Shown: positions 1-14,030, counted from the stretch's first letter. The stretch: 64,000 nucleotides of DNA from Carcharhinus longimanus (GCA_030264375.1 JASCQW010000081.1:67581202-67645201); one strand, 5' to 3'. Translations and numbers: made by a program. The notes: generated by a model from the sequence alone, not told the origin.

Positions 1-719
1 GTGTTTATTCTCTGCACTGATGTACAAGGAAGATTAAAAAGTTTGACTTCTGGAAAACTGTCAGCCATAACTGCTGTCCCAACACATCGCAGGGCAACAT
101 GTTCACACATGAACATACTGTGCTAACAGAAGCCAATGATATTATCTGTCTAGTTATATTCCAATATTCTGCCTTTGTTACATGGTCCTGTAAGCAGTAG
201 TTCTGGTCTTTGATAAAGAGCTTTGAAGTGCTAGGGTAGTCCAAAAGTGTGGAAGTACAATAAAACTATTAAAATTTGATTAATTAACAAACCAACTTTG
301 ATAAATGCCTGGCAAATGCAAGGAAAACATTAATATAATCTATGTCAAAATCCATTGACACATGGCTTGTATGCAACATGACTAACGACATTTATTTCCA
401 ATCAAGATAGAGCTTTCTACTGAAGTCAAAACTGCTCAATTCTTCTGGAATAGTCATGCAATAAAATAGATCACATCCAACCTAATTGTTCACCAAGAAA
501 CAGATAAATTGGTCACTTTATTCCAAACTTATTTTTCAGATGTTGCTGTTTCAACAGTCATTTGTTTCATGCTAGTTTGAAAACAGTCCAGTGTCCTCAA
601 AAAAAGTTACATTTTTTGTGACTGCATTACCAATAGAAGACTCTGAAAGAGAATGTTAAATATTTACATTGAACTTAAGCACACGACCCAAAAATAATCA
701 CTCACAACTTCTTCTTCAA

Positions 720-960
720 GAACCACGTCCTCTACTGTCCAGAAGGTCAAAGATAGCATAAAGCATCACTTCCATGTTCAACTCCAAGCCACAGCTTGGA
801 ATGCATCAACATTTCTTTATAGTCAGCTGTCTCAAATTCTGGACATAACTACACAAATACCACTCCAACTACTTTCACCACACATTAATTTTTCAAAGGT
901 GCTGACACCTCAACATTCTCAAGTACAGCCAGGGATGGGCAATAAATGTCCTTGGGCTCA
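720..960 (+). mobile_element. Degraded CR1-like LINE 3' fragment
   Basis: Shares decayed motifs (gggcaataaatg, aagccaca...ttggaa) with similar fragments at 26790-26990 and 34850-34990. Confidence 0.45.
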
Positions 961-3239
961 CAGAGATAACTGAAGTACATAAACAATGCATTAAAAATAG
1001 CCATCAGGCATCCAGCAAGAGAGCTGACATTTAAGGAAATTTCAAAGGATTCAGTGTTGGTCATCTTCCTCAAACCACCAATAATTTATTATATTACTAA
1101 TATCCCACCCGAATTGAACCACTGCTGGAATGAAGGTGACCAGCAGAGACAAATGAACAATGGTACAACTTTACAAAACGACAATGGTAATAGTTTGCAC
1201 AAAATTCTGTCTTAGACTATAATGACACAGCATGATAGAGGCCTTATAAAAGCCCTCTACATTCATTATTTATTCTAACAGAAAAAGGCAGATCTCAAAT
1301 TACTATAGCAGGACAGGTACAGGGCCATGTTGGGTCTCAGTGTTCACCTGGCCAGAATTACTATGNNNNNNNNNNNNNNNNNNNNNNNNNNNNNNNNNNN
1401 NNNNNNNNNNNNNNNNNNNNNNNNNNNNNNNNNNNNNNNNNNNNNNNNNNNNNNNNNNNNNNNNNCAGATCTCAAATTACTATAGCAGGACAGGTACAGG
1501 GCCATGTTGGGTCTCAGTGTTCACCTGGCCAGAATTACTATGTGTAGTGGTGCAACTAATTAAGCACTATGATTGACAAATAAGGGTGAAAAGTAAATGC
1601 TTTTTTCCCCTCACATTGCACAACATTAATCTCAGATTCTGAATCGGCAAAATACTTCCTGCTCAGAAAAAACAGCTACCGGTTCCCTATCCAAGGGTTT
1701 AGCTGTCACTCAAAACCTAGTTTACTCAGTCCTCAAGTCTTGTCTGCTCTGAATAAATGGAAGACCGTACAGAAACAAGGGATAACAAAACAAATTAACT
1801 TCATTACATTGGAACCATGCCTCATGCTAATCTTGCAACATAAATGGGGATGGAGTCTGGTGGTTCCAACTGGAGACAGAGCAAGTGGTGACCAAAAAGT
1901 GTCACAGAAAAAATTAAAAGAGGGTTATAAACAACTCTCCACTGTAGATATCAATAAATTTAGTGTCTGTTCAGAAAACTTGATAAGTGCAAGGTTGAAG
2001 TGTATTGAAATCAATCCATTAAAAATGGGCAATAATCATACTATAATCACATTATGACTGAAAATGCATTTAAAAGGCTGTATTTAAGATTGCAACCATT
2101 CTACAAATGCAAAAGAAACAGCTGAGCAAATTTATCAGAACTATTGGATCCAACTACAGCAAAAAGGCAGTAATCAAGTAACTTTGAGGGCATCCTTTTT
2201 GGCACTGAAACATGCAAACTCAAATTCTTAAGTCAAATTGTAGATTGTTTTCAGAAAAACTGCATTAATGAACACATTTTGAAATCGTGTCATCAGTTCA
2301 TAAAATGAAATGGGATGGGCTATTGGGGGAGACTCACCTAAGGTGGCATTGATTCAATAATCAATGCCAACGTCGGTTACAGACAATGTTCTTATCCACA
2401 GAAATGCCCAGGAACCAGAAAAGAAACTGAGCTTTTGTATAAAGGTTGCCCATTTCAGCTCTTCAGAAAAAAGTAACAGACTTGTTCATTTCGTTCATTA
2501 GCAGTGAAAAAAGGTGACACAGCACAGAGTCAGCTGAATACCTGAAAACAAACCTGTCACTTCAAGGTATGCAATCATTCAGATCTTATAGCTCGTATGT
2601 GACAAAAGACACATCACACTGACATATTGAGAGCTCCTCCTTCAGCAAGGTCAATAATTGTGCTCAGCTCTCAAACAAGCTCAAGATAATAATAAACGAA
2701 AGAATCTCACAACTGAACCAGCTTTTGATGTGCTCTGGAAAACCTAAACAAATGAAAGACTTCCCAATTTTTGAGAACTGTTTACTTTCATTTCCACTGT
2801 TGGATGTGCCACATGTAAACAAATCATTCCTCCATTAGCCACACTGTTTATTTACGTTAGAAGCTGAACAACGTGGTCTATAATTGTTTTCATATATTAC
2901 TTTTTAATTCCTGGTTGCCAACTTTATCACATTTTAGATAAACAGAAGCATTCAAAGCCCTTAATACAAATTATTTGCAAATATTTCACTGCCTCCATGT
3001 AAATAATCCAGTCAGTAAATAACCAATAAAAATGCACAAAAATACATTGCAATTTAATGTTATAAGAATGAGATTTTCATGATTGGTCAGTTAGTTGAAT
3101 GGGACTGAGTTGGATTTGGAAAATTCTAGGTTAGTTACCAGAGTTGTGTCAGGTAAACAGGTTTCAATTGGGCAGGAGTGCAAACACTTGAACTTGCTTG
3201 AAAATTCAGCTGAGGAAAAAAAAGAATGAGTTCACCAAT

Positions 3240-3545
3240 ACCATAGAATCTCTACAGAGCAGAATGAGGCCATTCAGCCCATTACATTTGCACCACCTCT
3301 TATCCAGCCTTACCACATTGGTTAGGGTAAACGCGTAAAACTAATATCTTGCGGCATTGAGAGGCAATTTAGCATGGCCAATCCACCTAACCTACACTCC
3401 TTTGAAGAACTGGAAGAAACCAGAGTACCCAGAGAAAACCCACAGACACTGGGAGAAGGTGCAAACTCCACACAGACAAGACTGGAATGGAATCCGGATC
3501 CCTGGCACTGTAAGGCAGCAGTGCTAACCATTGTGCCACCCACTA
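3240..3545 (-). mobile_element. HE1-type tRNA-derived V-SINE
   Basis: Minus-strand head GGTGGCACAATGGTTAGCACTGCTGCC with box B-like GGATTCCATTCC, central TGTGTGGAGTTTGCAC domain and CR1-like tail ending ATTCTATG. Confidence 0.9.
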
Positions 3546-5956
3546 TCCCTCACTGCCATGAGGGATTCTTGCCTTTGTGTACACTGGATGATGACAGGAT
3601 TGTTTAGCTGTGACACACAGACAAGCGTGTGTGTGAACTGAGCATTCCAGATCTCAGATGAGGAAATCAAGCCATCCTAGCATGTCACCAGAAGGAAGGA
3701 ACTCGGTAGAACTGAAAATCTGCAGATCATCCTGAAATGTTGTTAAAAACTTATTACTGTTGGTGCTTTTTTGAGGATACAACTCTGCTGTTTTGTTAAC
3801 AAGCACTCTCAATGGCTGGCCAAGAAGACATTTAACCTCTGATCTTAAGAATTTAAATTTCAGGTATTGCAAAATATGCACTTTTTCAGATCACAGGGAG
3901 TTCCTGTAATGTGGAAATCCAAGGACAGGAGTAAGAATAAATATAATTAAACAAAGTCAATTAGCACTTCCCCAAACCAACTAAGGATGTTTTGTATTCA
4001 CTCAGTGAAGTCATAACATGAACGTAATGTGAACAATATACACAGGCAATAGACATGTTTATAGTTATAGCAGATGAAGGAGAAAAGTTGAAGGTTAAAT
4101 TTGAGTATGTTTGTAATGAAGGCTCATGAGAAAAGGGATAGCAGGAGACTATTCAGTCTCTCAAGCCCGTCCCACTTTAAATCTGTACCTCAACTCAATT
4201 TAGCCACCATTATGTTCCAGATCTCCACTACTGTGAGAAAACTGCATTCTTAATGGCCTAACTTTAAGATCAGGCCTCCCTTTTCTGGATTCCCCCAGCA
4301 GAGAAAAGGCCTTAATTTTGAAGTCAGCAACCAAATAATTTTGTTTTACTCTGACCTTAAAAAAAGCTGCTGACAAAAGATTTAGTGACACTTTGATGCG
4401 GATTTCATCATTTTCAATTTCATTCCACTACAAATTATAAAAGTAAATTTTTTTGGCACCCAGCAGTGATGCCATCAAGCAGGTGAAGCAGCTAACTACA
4501 TTCTCATAGAAAACCTACAAGTAAAATAAACCAGCTAACTTTCATTTTAGGCAGGAGTGCAAAAAAGTTTGCAGCATGCACAGAAGCTGAACTATCAAAA
4601 GGCAATGGAATCAGGATGATTGAGTGTTTAAAATGCAATGCATTCATGTTGCAGTCTCCTCTGAAAGCATGGATTCAAATCCCACGTGACATTTAGTATT
4701 TGTCATCTATGTACGTGCATAGCAGAAGTTGTCAAGCCACCATTCTGATGACAGAAAATGCTGACAGTTTCACCATTACAACTATAAAATCTGGGCAACG
4801 GTTTCAATATGTTTAGCCCAATAAAATTGCGTGATCATACTAAATATCTCAATTAAGTCATGCTTTGCCCTACTAAAGACGCAAGGGAATACAAACCAAG
4901 TTTTGAAACCACACTCTTAATTTAACTTGTATCAAGACAAGTTAAATTAACTTGGCTTGTCTCGGATACATCCAAGTGGATGACCTCAAGTTTCCTATTA
5001 CATCATCCAAGTTAATAAATATGTATAGCAAAAAGCTGTGACTCCCAGTGGAAGAACACAGTCCAAACAAATCACTGATCCCTAGTGTCTACTATGCAAT
5101 TATTGAAATATGACGCAAGGCTACCTCTAATTTCAGGTACTGTTAACCTCACGTGAAATTGATTTGACTGGTTATATCAATAATATCCATAGACAACCCT
5201 CCTTACCCACATGCGCCCATGATCTCTTCAAATAGTTCAATTAAATTAGAATTGATCGTCCCTTAAAATTATGCTAACTGATGAATTGGATGTCCAAGGG
5301 CTCAGTCACTGCGAATGTTAGACTCTATTAACTTGACTACAATTGGTATCAAACTGACAGAACTGCAAGTATCTAAATTTCTTCTACTAAGGAATGGAAT
5401 GACATTTGCGATTTAACAACCCATTACCCTAAGGGCTTTGGAATATTAGGCTTTGGAAATTGTTTATTATTTTCTCAATTGTCTATTTTTCCCCGCAACC
5501 ATTAAAGCCACTAGTCTTCACCCCTTGATCTAAATTTTTGAATTTAAAAAACACTGGTATTTATAGCTCCCTTCCTCTGCTGTGAAAACGGGTACCAAGC
5601 ACCAGAGTTGTTTAACAAATCTGCCTTGTCCACTTAGTTTCACCTACACTTGCTTAATGAATCCATATTCTTGTTTAATAATTTTTCTCCAACATTTAGT
5701 GCTAGCTTTCCAATTTTTTTTGTACATCCTTCCAGTATATTCTGCTACATTCATTTTGTTGCTTTTTATGGCCATTGTTGGATTTCTACATTTTATTGCA
5801 GTTCTGCAAGCCCTTTCTTTTAGCTTGATATTGTCACTTAGCTCATTTGTTGCGCGCAGTTTCTAAATTACACAAGTGGAACAGTTGCCTTTTAAGGGTA
5901 TAGTTGCGATTAAGTGAAGAAAGGTTGGATGGGCACCCTCCTTTTACATCCTCTCC

Positions 5957-7805
5957 TGTTTAACCATAATAGATACTTTCATTAAAATGGATATTTTGCC
6001 AATTGAGTATTTAACTGTATACATGCTATGATAATAGACACAACCAGACAAGTTTTCACAAAGAAAACAGGACAGACCAGCTTAAGTACACAAACACAAG
6101 GATTGCACTCCATACAATATGGGGAAGGGTGGATTAAGCAGAGTCCCTATAGAGTCCAGAGAAGTAAAAGGGATATACAGAGTCTGAAGATTGGTGCTCA
6201 ACTAACTTCACTTGCTGTTTTCCCTTGCTGAGCCAATTTAAATAAAGATTTGGATGGACAATTTGCCTGTTCGTCTGGGAGATAGAAGTGTGGGGTTAAG
6301 TTTCTTTAGGGTAGTCAACCCACAAACAGGGTCAAAAGCTTGCAAGTTGGAGTGTGCCCTGGGGAAGGAAACCACCGCTCCCTCCCCCCACAAAATCTGG
6401 GTTATCTTCCTTCAGCATCTTGTCTGCCCATTCTCTACGGCAGAGAAAGTAGATACTTAAGGTAGGTTTGTCACATAACTGTCACCCAGTGGTGCAAACA
6501 TGGTTGTGAGCTGGTGGATTCCATTGTAACTTTAATTCATTGCTGAGAACCCCCTCTCAACCAAGGGTCTGGGTGGGATGCTCTGTCAGAGTTGGTGCAG
6601 ACTCAAATGGGCCAAATGGCCTCGTTCTGCACTGGAAAGATTCTAGAATCATTGTAACCTAGCAGATAAATAGTTCTTTTGCCAGCAATTGGGTAACAAG
6701 CAAGATCTTGGAAACCAGGGTATACTTTTCTGCTTAGAGGGTTGGAGAGTGAGATTGAAGTTATAAATAGGACATTAAATCTATGCCTACGCCTTCACAC
6801 AGCGTCAAACATTATTCAGGATTCTCTTCAGGGTTACAATTCCAGAAATTAATTTTATCCCCTCAACCCACATTTGCAACACTGCAATTCAAAGACTGCT
6901 CCTTAGCATCCTCACCTTCCAAAGGGCTGTACAAACACCCTACACTAAATAATCACTGCAACATGAAACATAACTCCCAAACAATTCTTCTGATCAAATG
7001 ATCATCAAGTACCATTTGAGAAGCACCTCAAACAAGCTTTTGCACAAAAATTATTGTATTAGAATTCTCTAATGCATCAAGTGTTTCCATTTGTCACAGA
7101 AATGTCACATTAATTAGCTCGATTCACTGTCTGTATGGAAGAGTGGGTAACAGAAATTTTATTAACCTTACCCCACTGGCACAGCTCTTAGTGTTACTGC
7201 CTCACCTCGAGTCCAAACTCAATTATGAGTGAACTGTATCATAGGTCATTTATAGAGAGTAATGAAAAAAATCAACATGTTAATATGTATGATATCCATG
7301 TCATGCCTTGGAACAAATGCTGTACTTATTCACAATTTCCATTAAATTGTTGTTATGCATTAATTATTCATGACCTGCTCATAATTAGTGAACACTGGGC
7401 TCTCTTCCTTTCCTCGACCCCACGCAGAAGATATATAATGGATTTTGGATATAAATCAAATGCAGACAAAAATAGAATGTGCCATTTAATGAAGCTCCAA
7501 GTGGAATTTAACAAATCCTGGTGCTGGCAAAACGCTTCCTCCACCGTCAAGAAGGTACAGGACACACATGCACATTGCACCATGCCCAGATGCAACGCCA
7601 TAAAAAGTTAACTAAACAGCACAGTGGCGGAAGACATAACAGCAGAAAGATTTTAAAGTGCTCGTCATTAAAGAACTTAAGCTGGTCTGTCCTGTTTTCT
7701 TTGTGAAAACTTGTCTGGTTGTGTCTGTTATCATAGCACATATACAGTTAAATACTCAATTGGCAAAACATCCATTTTAAAGAAAGTATCTATTATGGTT
7801 AAACA
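5957..7805. repeat. Long inverted repeat pair (131-bp arms at 5957-6087 and 7675-7805)
   Basis: Manual alignment gives 126/131 identity with no indels; outer ends TGTTT...AAACA. Confidence 0.95.
6565..6650 (+). mobile_element. HE1 SINE 3' fragment
   Basis: ggtgcagactc-aaatgggccaaatggcctc...ctgcactg...gattcta matches the tail of the copy at 61322-61645. Confidence 0.75.
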
Positions 7806-8789
7806 ATGGTGTAAAAAGACACTGAAAGGTGGCTTCTTAGCATTCCCTTTGCTGCATTTGTAATAAAATCATATGCAGACATGTATACAGTGCCACCTAC
7901 AGTTAAAAAATGTTGGCTCAACAGGTATCGATAACTTACAACCAGTGAGACAGATGTTAGAATTGGCCTTTATGAAATTGTGACCAAATCTAGTCGATCC
8001 AGTCAGATGTGTATCATTAATTACAACAAAACCTTTATTCCATCAGGGGATTAAAACCGGCTCAAAACTCAGGTATTAGCCTGGATTGGAGATGCATATA
8101 AAGTTTATCCAGATGAATAGACAGTGCAGCAGTCACGATTTAGCCTCTCTTTAGGAAGGCACAACTAATTCTAGTCAATATCCCCCATAATTTGGATTAC
8201 CAACACATGACTTAGATTTGAACAACTTTTTGAAATAACTGAAGGAAAGCATTTATAAAACCAAAGCATTGCTACTAATCTACTTTGTCTCCGAAAATCT
8301 GAAGCCACGGCATGCAGGCAACTAGAAGGGCACTGAAGGGAGACATTTTTATTCTGGCACAGAAAGTCCCTTTACCTTGCCTTTCGGTAGAGACATGGGT
8401 AAAAATGATATAACACCATCTAAAAAGTCCCCCTCAAGTACAACAGAGTAAGAATTTCAATTGAAAAATATAGCAAGTAGCTCTACCAACAGCTGACATG
8501 GTCATATTACTCAGGTTAAAAACACAAACTGCATCCCAATGCCACACCCCAGAANNNNNNNNNNNNNNNNNNNNNNNNNNNNNNNNNNNNNNNNNNNNNN
8601 NNNNNNNNNNNNNNNNNNNNNNNNNNNNNNNNNNNNNNNNNNNNNNNNNNNNNNTAGCTCTACCAACAGCTGACATGGTCATATTACTCAGGTTAAAAAC
8701 ACAAACTGCATCCCAATGCCACACCCCAGAACCTTTTCCTGCTGGCATGCTAATCCTTCAGATTCATGTATCAATCCACTGGTTTAGTA

Positions 8790-9065
8790 GTTAAAATTCA
8801 TTTATTATTGTCACAAATAGACTTTAATTAACACTGCAGTGAAGTTACTGTGAAAATCCCCTAGTCACTACACCAGTCACTGTTTGGGTAGATTGAGGGA
8901 GAACTTGGCATGGCCAATGCACCAGCCAGCACATCTTTGGACTGTGGGAGGAAACCGGAGCACCTGGAGGAAACCCATGCAGACACAGGTAGAATGTGCA
9001 AACTCTGCAGATAGTGACCCAAGCTGAGAATTGAATCTGGGTCCCTGGTGCTGTGAGGCAGCAGA
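8790..9065 (-). mobile_element. HE1-related SINE with alternative 3' tail
   Basis: Same head and central domain as HE1, but with the tail gaagttactgtgaaaatcccctag shared with the copies at 44110 and 60283. Confidence 0.85.
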
Positions 9066-12000
9066 GAAATCAAAGGGACGACATGCAAAATAATTTTATT
9101 TATACCTACAAAATTCCCAAAAAACATAAATGGATCTCAATTTTAAAAAAGGCAAATTTCCCCAAACTCAATTTCATATACACACGCTATATCACCCATG
9201 TATGATTGGATCAGAGGCTTGGGACATCACAGTGGTGTAACAGCAAATCCCTTGGCATCTACAGTCATTACTCCACTGAAACTAAGCCAGACTTCAGGAG
9301 TCCGTACACAAGCAGAATAATGTGAAAATGCAAAAATTGCTGTTAGTGATTCCACATTCCTCCTCTGGGACAACCTCCCATTCTCTACCCAGAGTGTAAA
9401 ACTCAGCATAATAGTACACTCAGAATAGTAAATTGCACGTCTCACTATAAAAACCCTAGAAAAAAATTACAATTTATTGAATGGTTTTAGATGGCAGATT
9501 AACAATTCTGTTGAACACTGACATTTTTCCTGAAAAGCTAATTTTATATTTGAGGAGTTAAATCTATCCCTTATTACAATTAAGTATCAAAAGACTTTTC
9601 CCCTCCCAGGTTTGAGTCCAATCATAATTTTATTCATTTTGCTTTCTGACAATTGAAATTTATACAGTGAAGAAATCAGTGCTTTTNNNNNNNNNNNNNN
9701 NNNNNNNNNNNNNNNNNNNNNNNNNNNNNNNNNNNNNNNNNNNNNNNNNNNNNNNNNNNNNNNNNNNNNNNNNNNNNNNNNNNNNNGTTTGAGTCCAATC
9801 ATAATTTTATTCATTTTGCTTTCTGACAATTGAAATTTATACAGTGAAGAAATCAGTGCTTTTAACATCTTGGTTTGCAGCCTCTTGAGGATACTTAAAC
9901 TTGATTGGTTGCCTCCCCTGCTGCTGCATGCCTCAAGATCCACTTGGAAGTGGTGGTGGATTGAAACTGCTGCCAGGAAAAAGGAAAAATCCATACTACA
10001 GAAATTGCTAAGTCCTGACAGCTTTATTCAAGGTCAGTTAGTTAACTCTGACCACATTGTATTCAATAGGCCAAAGTGACTGGCTACAAAATATGCACAA
10101 CTCTCGATTACCCTTTAACTGCTGTCATTCTTTTTCACACTGACTGAACAAGTGACACGTTCTATCTGCAGAATGAACTGTACATCCTACAGGATTCCAA
10201 GATAAGAACTGGCAGCCCTTCACTGCACCTTCAATGTACTGCATGTTCACTGTCTTTCTGGACAATATGCTTGTTGTTTCAAGCAAGGTCAATTGTTAAA
10301 CAAAAAAAAAGTGCTATTGCAATAACATAGCACTTCATTTTAACATACAAGTGCCTTGAGAGTATAGCACCTTTCTTTGCAATTGCTCCCTCTGATCAGT
10401 TTTTTGTGCAATTTCAGCTACTACGTACTGTGGATGTTTAACTCCAACTTTTAATATTTCACTGGGGCTCCAGCTTTATTCGAAAGGACCAACCATGTTC
10501 ATTCCATCCCAAGTGGGACTGGTCCAAACTCTGCCATCAAAACAGTGAGCAAATGGTGCTCATTGCTATTGGCATACTAAGTTTTTTAGGCAAAAGGCAG
10601 ACACGTAGTCAAACCAAAATATTCAGAAGTTGCTGCTAGCAGTTAAGCCACTTTACCATTGGCCTTGCAAACCAGCAACTGTGCCTGCTGAAACTGCAAG
10701 TTAGTTTCAAACTAAACTTGGTTATGGATTGTCCATTCACATAACAATAATAATGAACAAACTCAGGTCCTTGATGCAGTNNNNNNNNNNNNNNNNNNNN
10801 NNNNNNNNNNNNNNNNNNNNNNNNNNNNNNNNNNNNNNNNNNNNNNNNNNNNNNNNNNNNNNNNNNNNNNNNNNNNNNNNGTTTCAAACTAAACTTGGTT
10901 ATGGATTGTCCATTCACATAACAATAATAATGAACAAACTCAGGTCCTTGATGCAGTTTCCTTTACTGCATTAGCAATACTTTTTCCTCCTTTTTCCATA
11001 TCTGTTATTGAACGGAAGTGCAACAGTACTCTATATTGAGGCAACACCATACAGCTATAGATCAAAAGCATTTTTAAAGTAGTCAAAGTCCTAAAAAAAA
11101 CTATTTACCACATGGAATATACTGCAGAGTCTGACATTTTTCTTTTAATACATTGCTCCCACATCAGTAGTTCTGAACACCCCTGTAAGGATGTTGTCAA
11201 TAAGTTGATATTATGCTTGCTTGCCAGCTTTTGCTGGGTCAACGAGGATAATTTGCTACTGTTGTTGCCGAGAGTCCAACAACTGCACAAAGTGGGCTGT
11301 AATATGAGTTCATGGTTAACTGCTGGCTGACTACGGTAGTAGTTTACACTCTTATCAGACAACACAAGTAGGAGTTTTTATTCCTTCTTATCACAGATTT
11401 ATGAATATACTCGACTCATGGATCCAAATCATAAACCAATGTTCAACATCAGATATCATCCATGGGGAGTTAAGACGTCCGGAGATAGGTGACACTCATT
11501 AAAACTAGCAATCCTGTGTTTGAGCGCTCAGGTCAAACAGAGACCATAGCTCTGCATCTCATTTACCCCAAAGAGGTCAGCAGCAACAAGTTTTACTCGA
11601 GAGTTCCAGTAACGTTCACAACGAGGTTTTCGAAACAATTTTTTAAAAAAAGGTTTAGCCAGCTATTTTGCTTTTCTTTCTGGATAAATTCAGTTAATTC
11701 AAATGCCACCCACCACGGACACTTGTTAGAAAGTCAGCACCTTTAGAAATACAAATCTTGAAGCTACATGAAAACAACAGATCGCTCAGACCCAAATAGA
11801 AATTTAAAATAGATAATGCAAAATAGAAAATTGAACTTTGATGTTTTCACTGATTGCAATCCATATGAAAAAGCAAATCACTTCCTTTCATTCATCATCC
11901 AGGGGATAAGACAAGTAACCTGTTCCCTGGCTGTTTTGCTTTGCAATTTGCCACTGCTTATGTAATCAGTCTTCAATAACTTGGTTTATGCCTCTCTGCA

Positions 12001-13019
12001 GAAAAAACTGACCCCTCTTCTCTGATATCATCAATGACATAAGTCCAACCACTTGATGTATACCATGAGGCGACTGCTGTGGCAACTTGTGCTCACATTT
12101 ACATGTATTTGAAAGGGAAATGTAATTTGGACCACTGATGAGAATTATTTACAAAAGTGCAGCCGTGCACCCCAAAGCAAATCGGAGACAGATTATCCTG
12201 ATGTTCAGAGATAGCAGATCACTCAAAGTTGCCTTTCAGAAATCCTATTGACTCATTTTCCTACCTGGCTATGCCAATGCATTGTACTGAGGGGGATATC
12301 ACCACTCTGCTCAGCCACAAGCATTCCTGCAGCTTTAAAACGAGGCAGCCAAACTTCAATTTTTAATTCAAGGCTTCATTGTGAGCCCTTGCACTTTGAA
12401 AGTAGTGTAGATAGATCATCAGTCTGGTCACATCTCCATTACATTTGCATCTGTTGCATCCTAACAGACTATGGGATAAATATTTACTACAATATTCGAT
12501 TTGCTATCTTGATAACTTTACTAAATTACACAGGAGAGTTCTCAAATCAATTGATCCAGTCAGGCTCTTTTGGAAGGATTTTTCATTAGGGGACAGATGG
12601 GTTTTTCACAGTTTTGAATAAATGTTAAAGAATCCATGAGATAATGCCAATCTGCAGTTTCTTCAAAAAGTCCTACTGAAAACATATAACGTTTAGCCTA
12701 GATACAGTAAACAAATCAAATATTCCATTTTTTCCCCCTTAAAGTGGGAAAATGGCAGAGTTTTCAGCATCAACTAATACAAGCAGTCCACATACCACTT
12801 CGCAACATTGCCCCAAAAATATTTAGGGTGCAGAAATGAGAGTGAACCAGTTCAATACCAAACTGCAAGAGGTATTGAATAAATAAACCAAAATAATCTT
12901 TGCATTTGTACATTGCAGACTTAAAGACGTTTTATTACAAAGGAATGCAACCCAACATATGGGAAGCACATGTTTGAATACCTTCTTATTGATTTAGTTC
13001 TGATAAATTTAGAACCAAG

Positions 13020-13260
13020 TCTTAGTATTTATATAGCACCTTTTACGACTTCGATGAAACCTCAAAAATAATACACAATGAATTGTAGTCATTGTTACAA
13101 TGCAAGAAATGTAGCAAACAATTTTGTGCACAACATGGGCCAGTTGGGAGATAATAACCAGAACTATTTTAATGATATTGGTTCTGGGGTAAATATTGGC
13201 CAGAATGGAGATGAACCTGACTGCCTTCTTTCAAATAGTGTCATGGGATCTTGTGTCCTT
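13020..13260 (-). mobile_element. Deu-domain SINE (SacSINE1/AmnSINE1-like), 3' part; continues at 14400-14510 beyond nested insertions
   Basis: tttatatagcacctttt...gtagtcattgtt...gggtaaatattggccag...tttcaaatagtgtcatgggatc matches the copies at 20480, 23460 and 45455. Confidence 0.7.
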
Positions 13261-13299
13261 TTTGATTTATTTACAGGATATGGAAAATTTCTCCTTGGC

Positions 13300-14030
13300 C
13301 AGGATTTATTACTCATCTCTATTTGACCTCAAGAAGGTGGTGGTGAGCTGCCATCTTGAATCACTGTAGTTCCAAAGATGCAGGTATAGCCAGAATGCTG
13401 TTAGGGAGTTCCAGGATTTTGACCCAGCAAGAGTGATGGAATGGCAATATACTTCAAGTCAGGATGGTGTGGAACTTGGAGGAAAACTTTCAGGTGGTGG
13501 TGTTTCCATGCGTTTGCTGCTCTTTGTCCTTCTAGATGTTAATGGACACCCAGTTTTCGGTCAATAATCAATCCCCAGTGGGAGATTCAGTGATGGTAAT
13601 ACCCCAGAACGTCAATGTCAAGAATGCGACAGTTAGATTATCTTGCTCTTAATGGCCACTGCCTGGTGTTTGTGTGGTATGCATGAATGCTGCCACCTGT
13701 AAGCCAAAGCCTAGATATTGCCCAGGTCTTGCTGTATTTGGATAGGAATTGCTTCAGTACAAAGTCATAAATGGTGAACATCAAACTGTGCAGTCGTCAG
13801 CCACAATCTTCACTTCTGACCTTTGGGTGGAAGGATGGTCACTGGTGAAGCAGTTGAAGATTGTTGCACTGAGGACACTATCCTGAGGAATGCCACCAAT
13901 GACAACCTGGAAGAGAGCTGACTGATCGCCAATATTCTTCATATCACATGGAGTGAATTGATTTGGCTGAAGACTGGCATCTGTGATGCTGGGTACATAG
14001 AAATCAGAAGCAGAGTAGATCATTTGGCAG
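13300..14030 (-). mobile_element. Decayed CR1-clade LINE ORF2 (reverse transcriptase) fragment
   Basis: The translation GIPQDSVLSATIFNCFTSDHPSTQRSEVKIVADDCTV is a decayed GVPQGSVLGP...FADD RT motif. Confidence 0.85.

Noticed and set aside
1288-1543. Exact ~77-bp direct repeats flanking 100-N gaps (also 8478-8731, 9608-9863 and 10704-10958)
   Set aside because: Near-identical length and always around a fixed 100-N spacer, so these are unmerged contig overlaps (assembly artefact), not biological repeats or CRISPR.
5957-6515. Possible LTR (TGTTT...AAACA at 6500) followed by TGG as a primer-binding site
   Set aside because: TGGTTGTGAG matches no tRNA 3' end I recognise, and no gag/pol sequence or second direct LTR follows.
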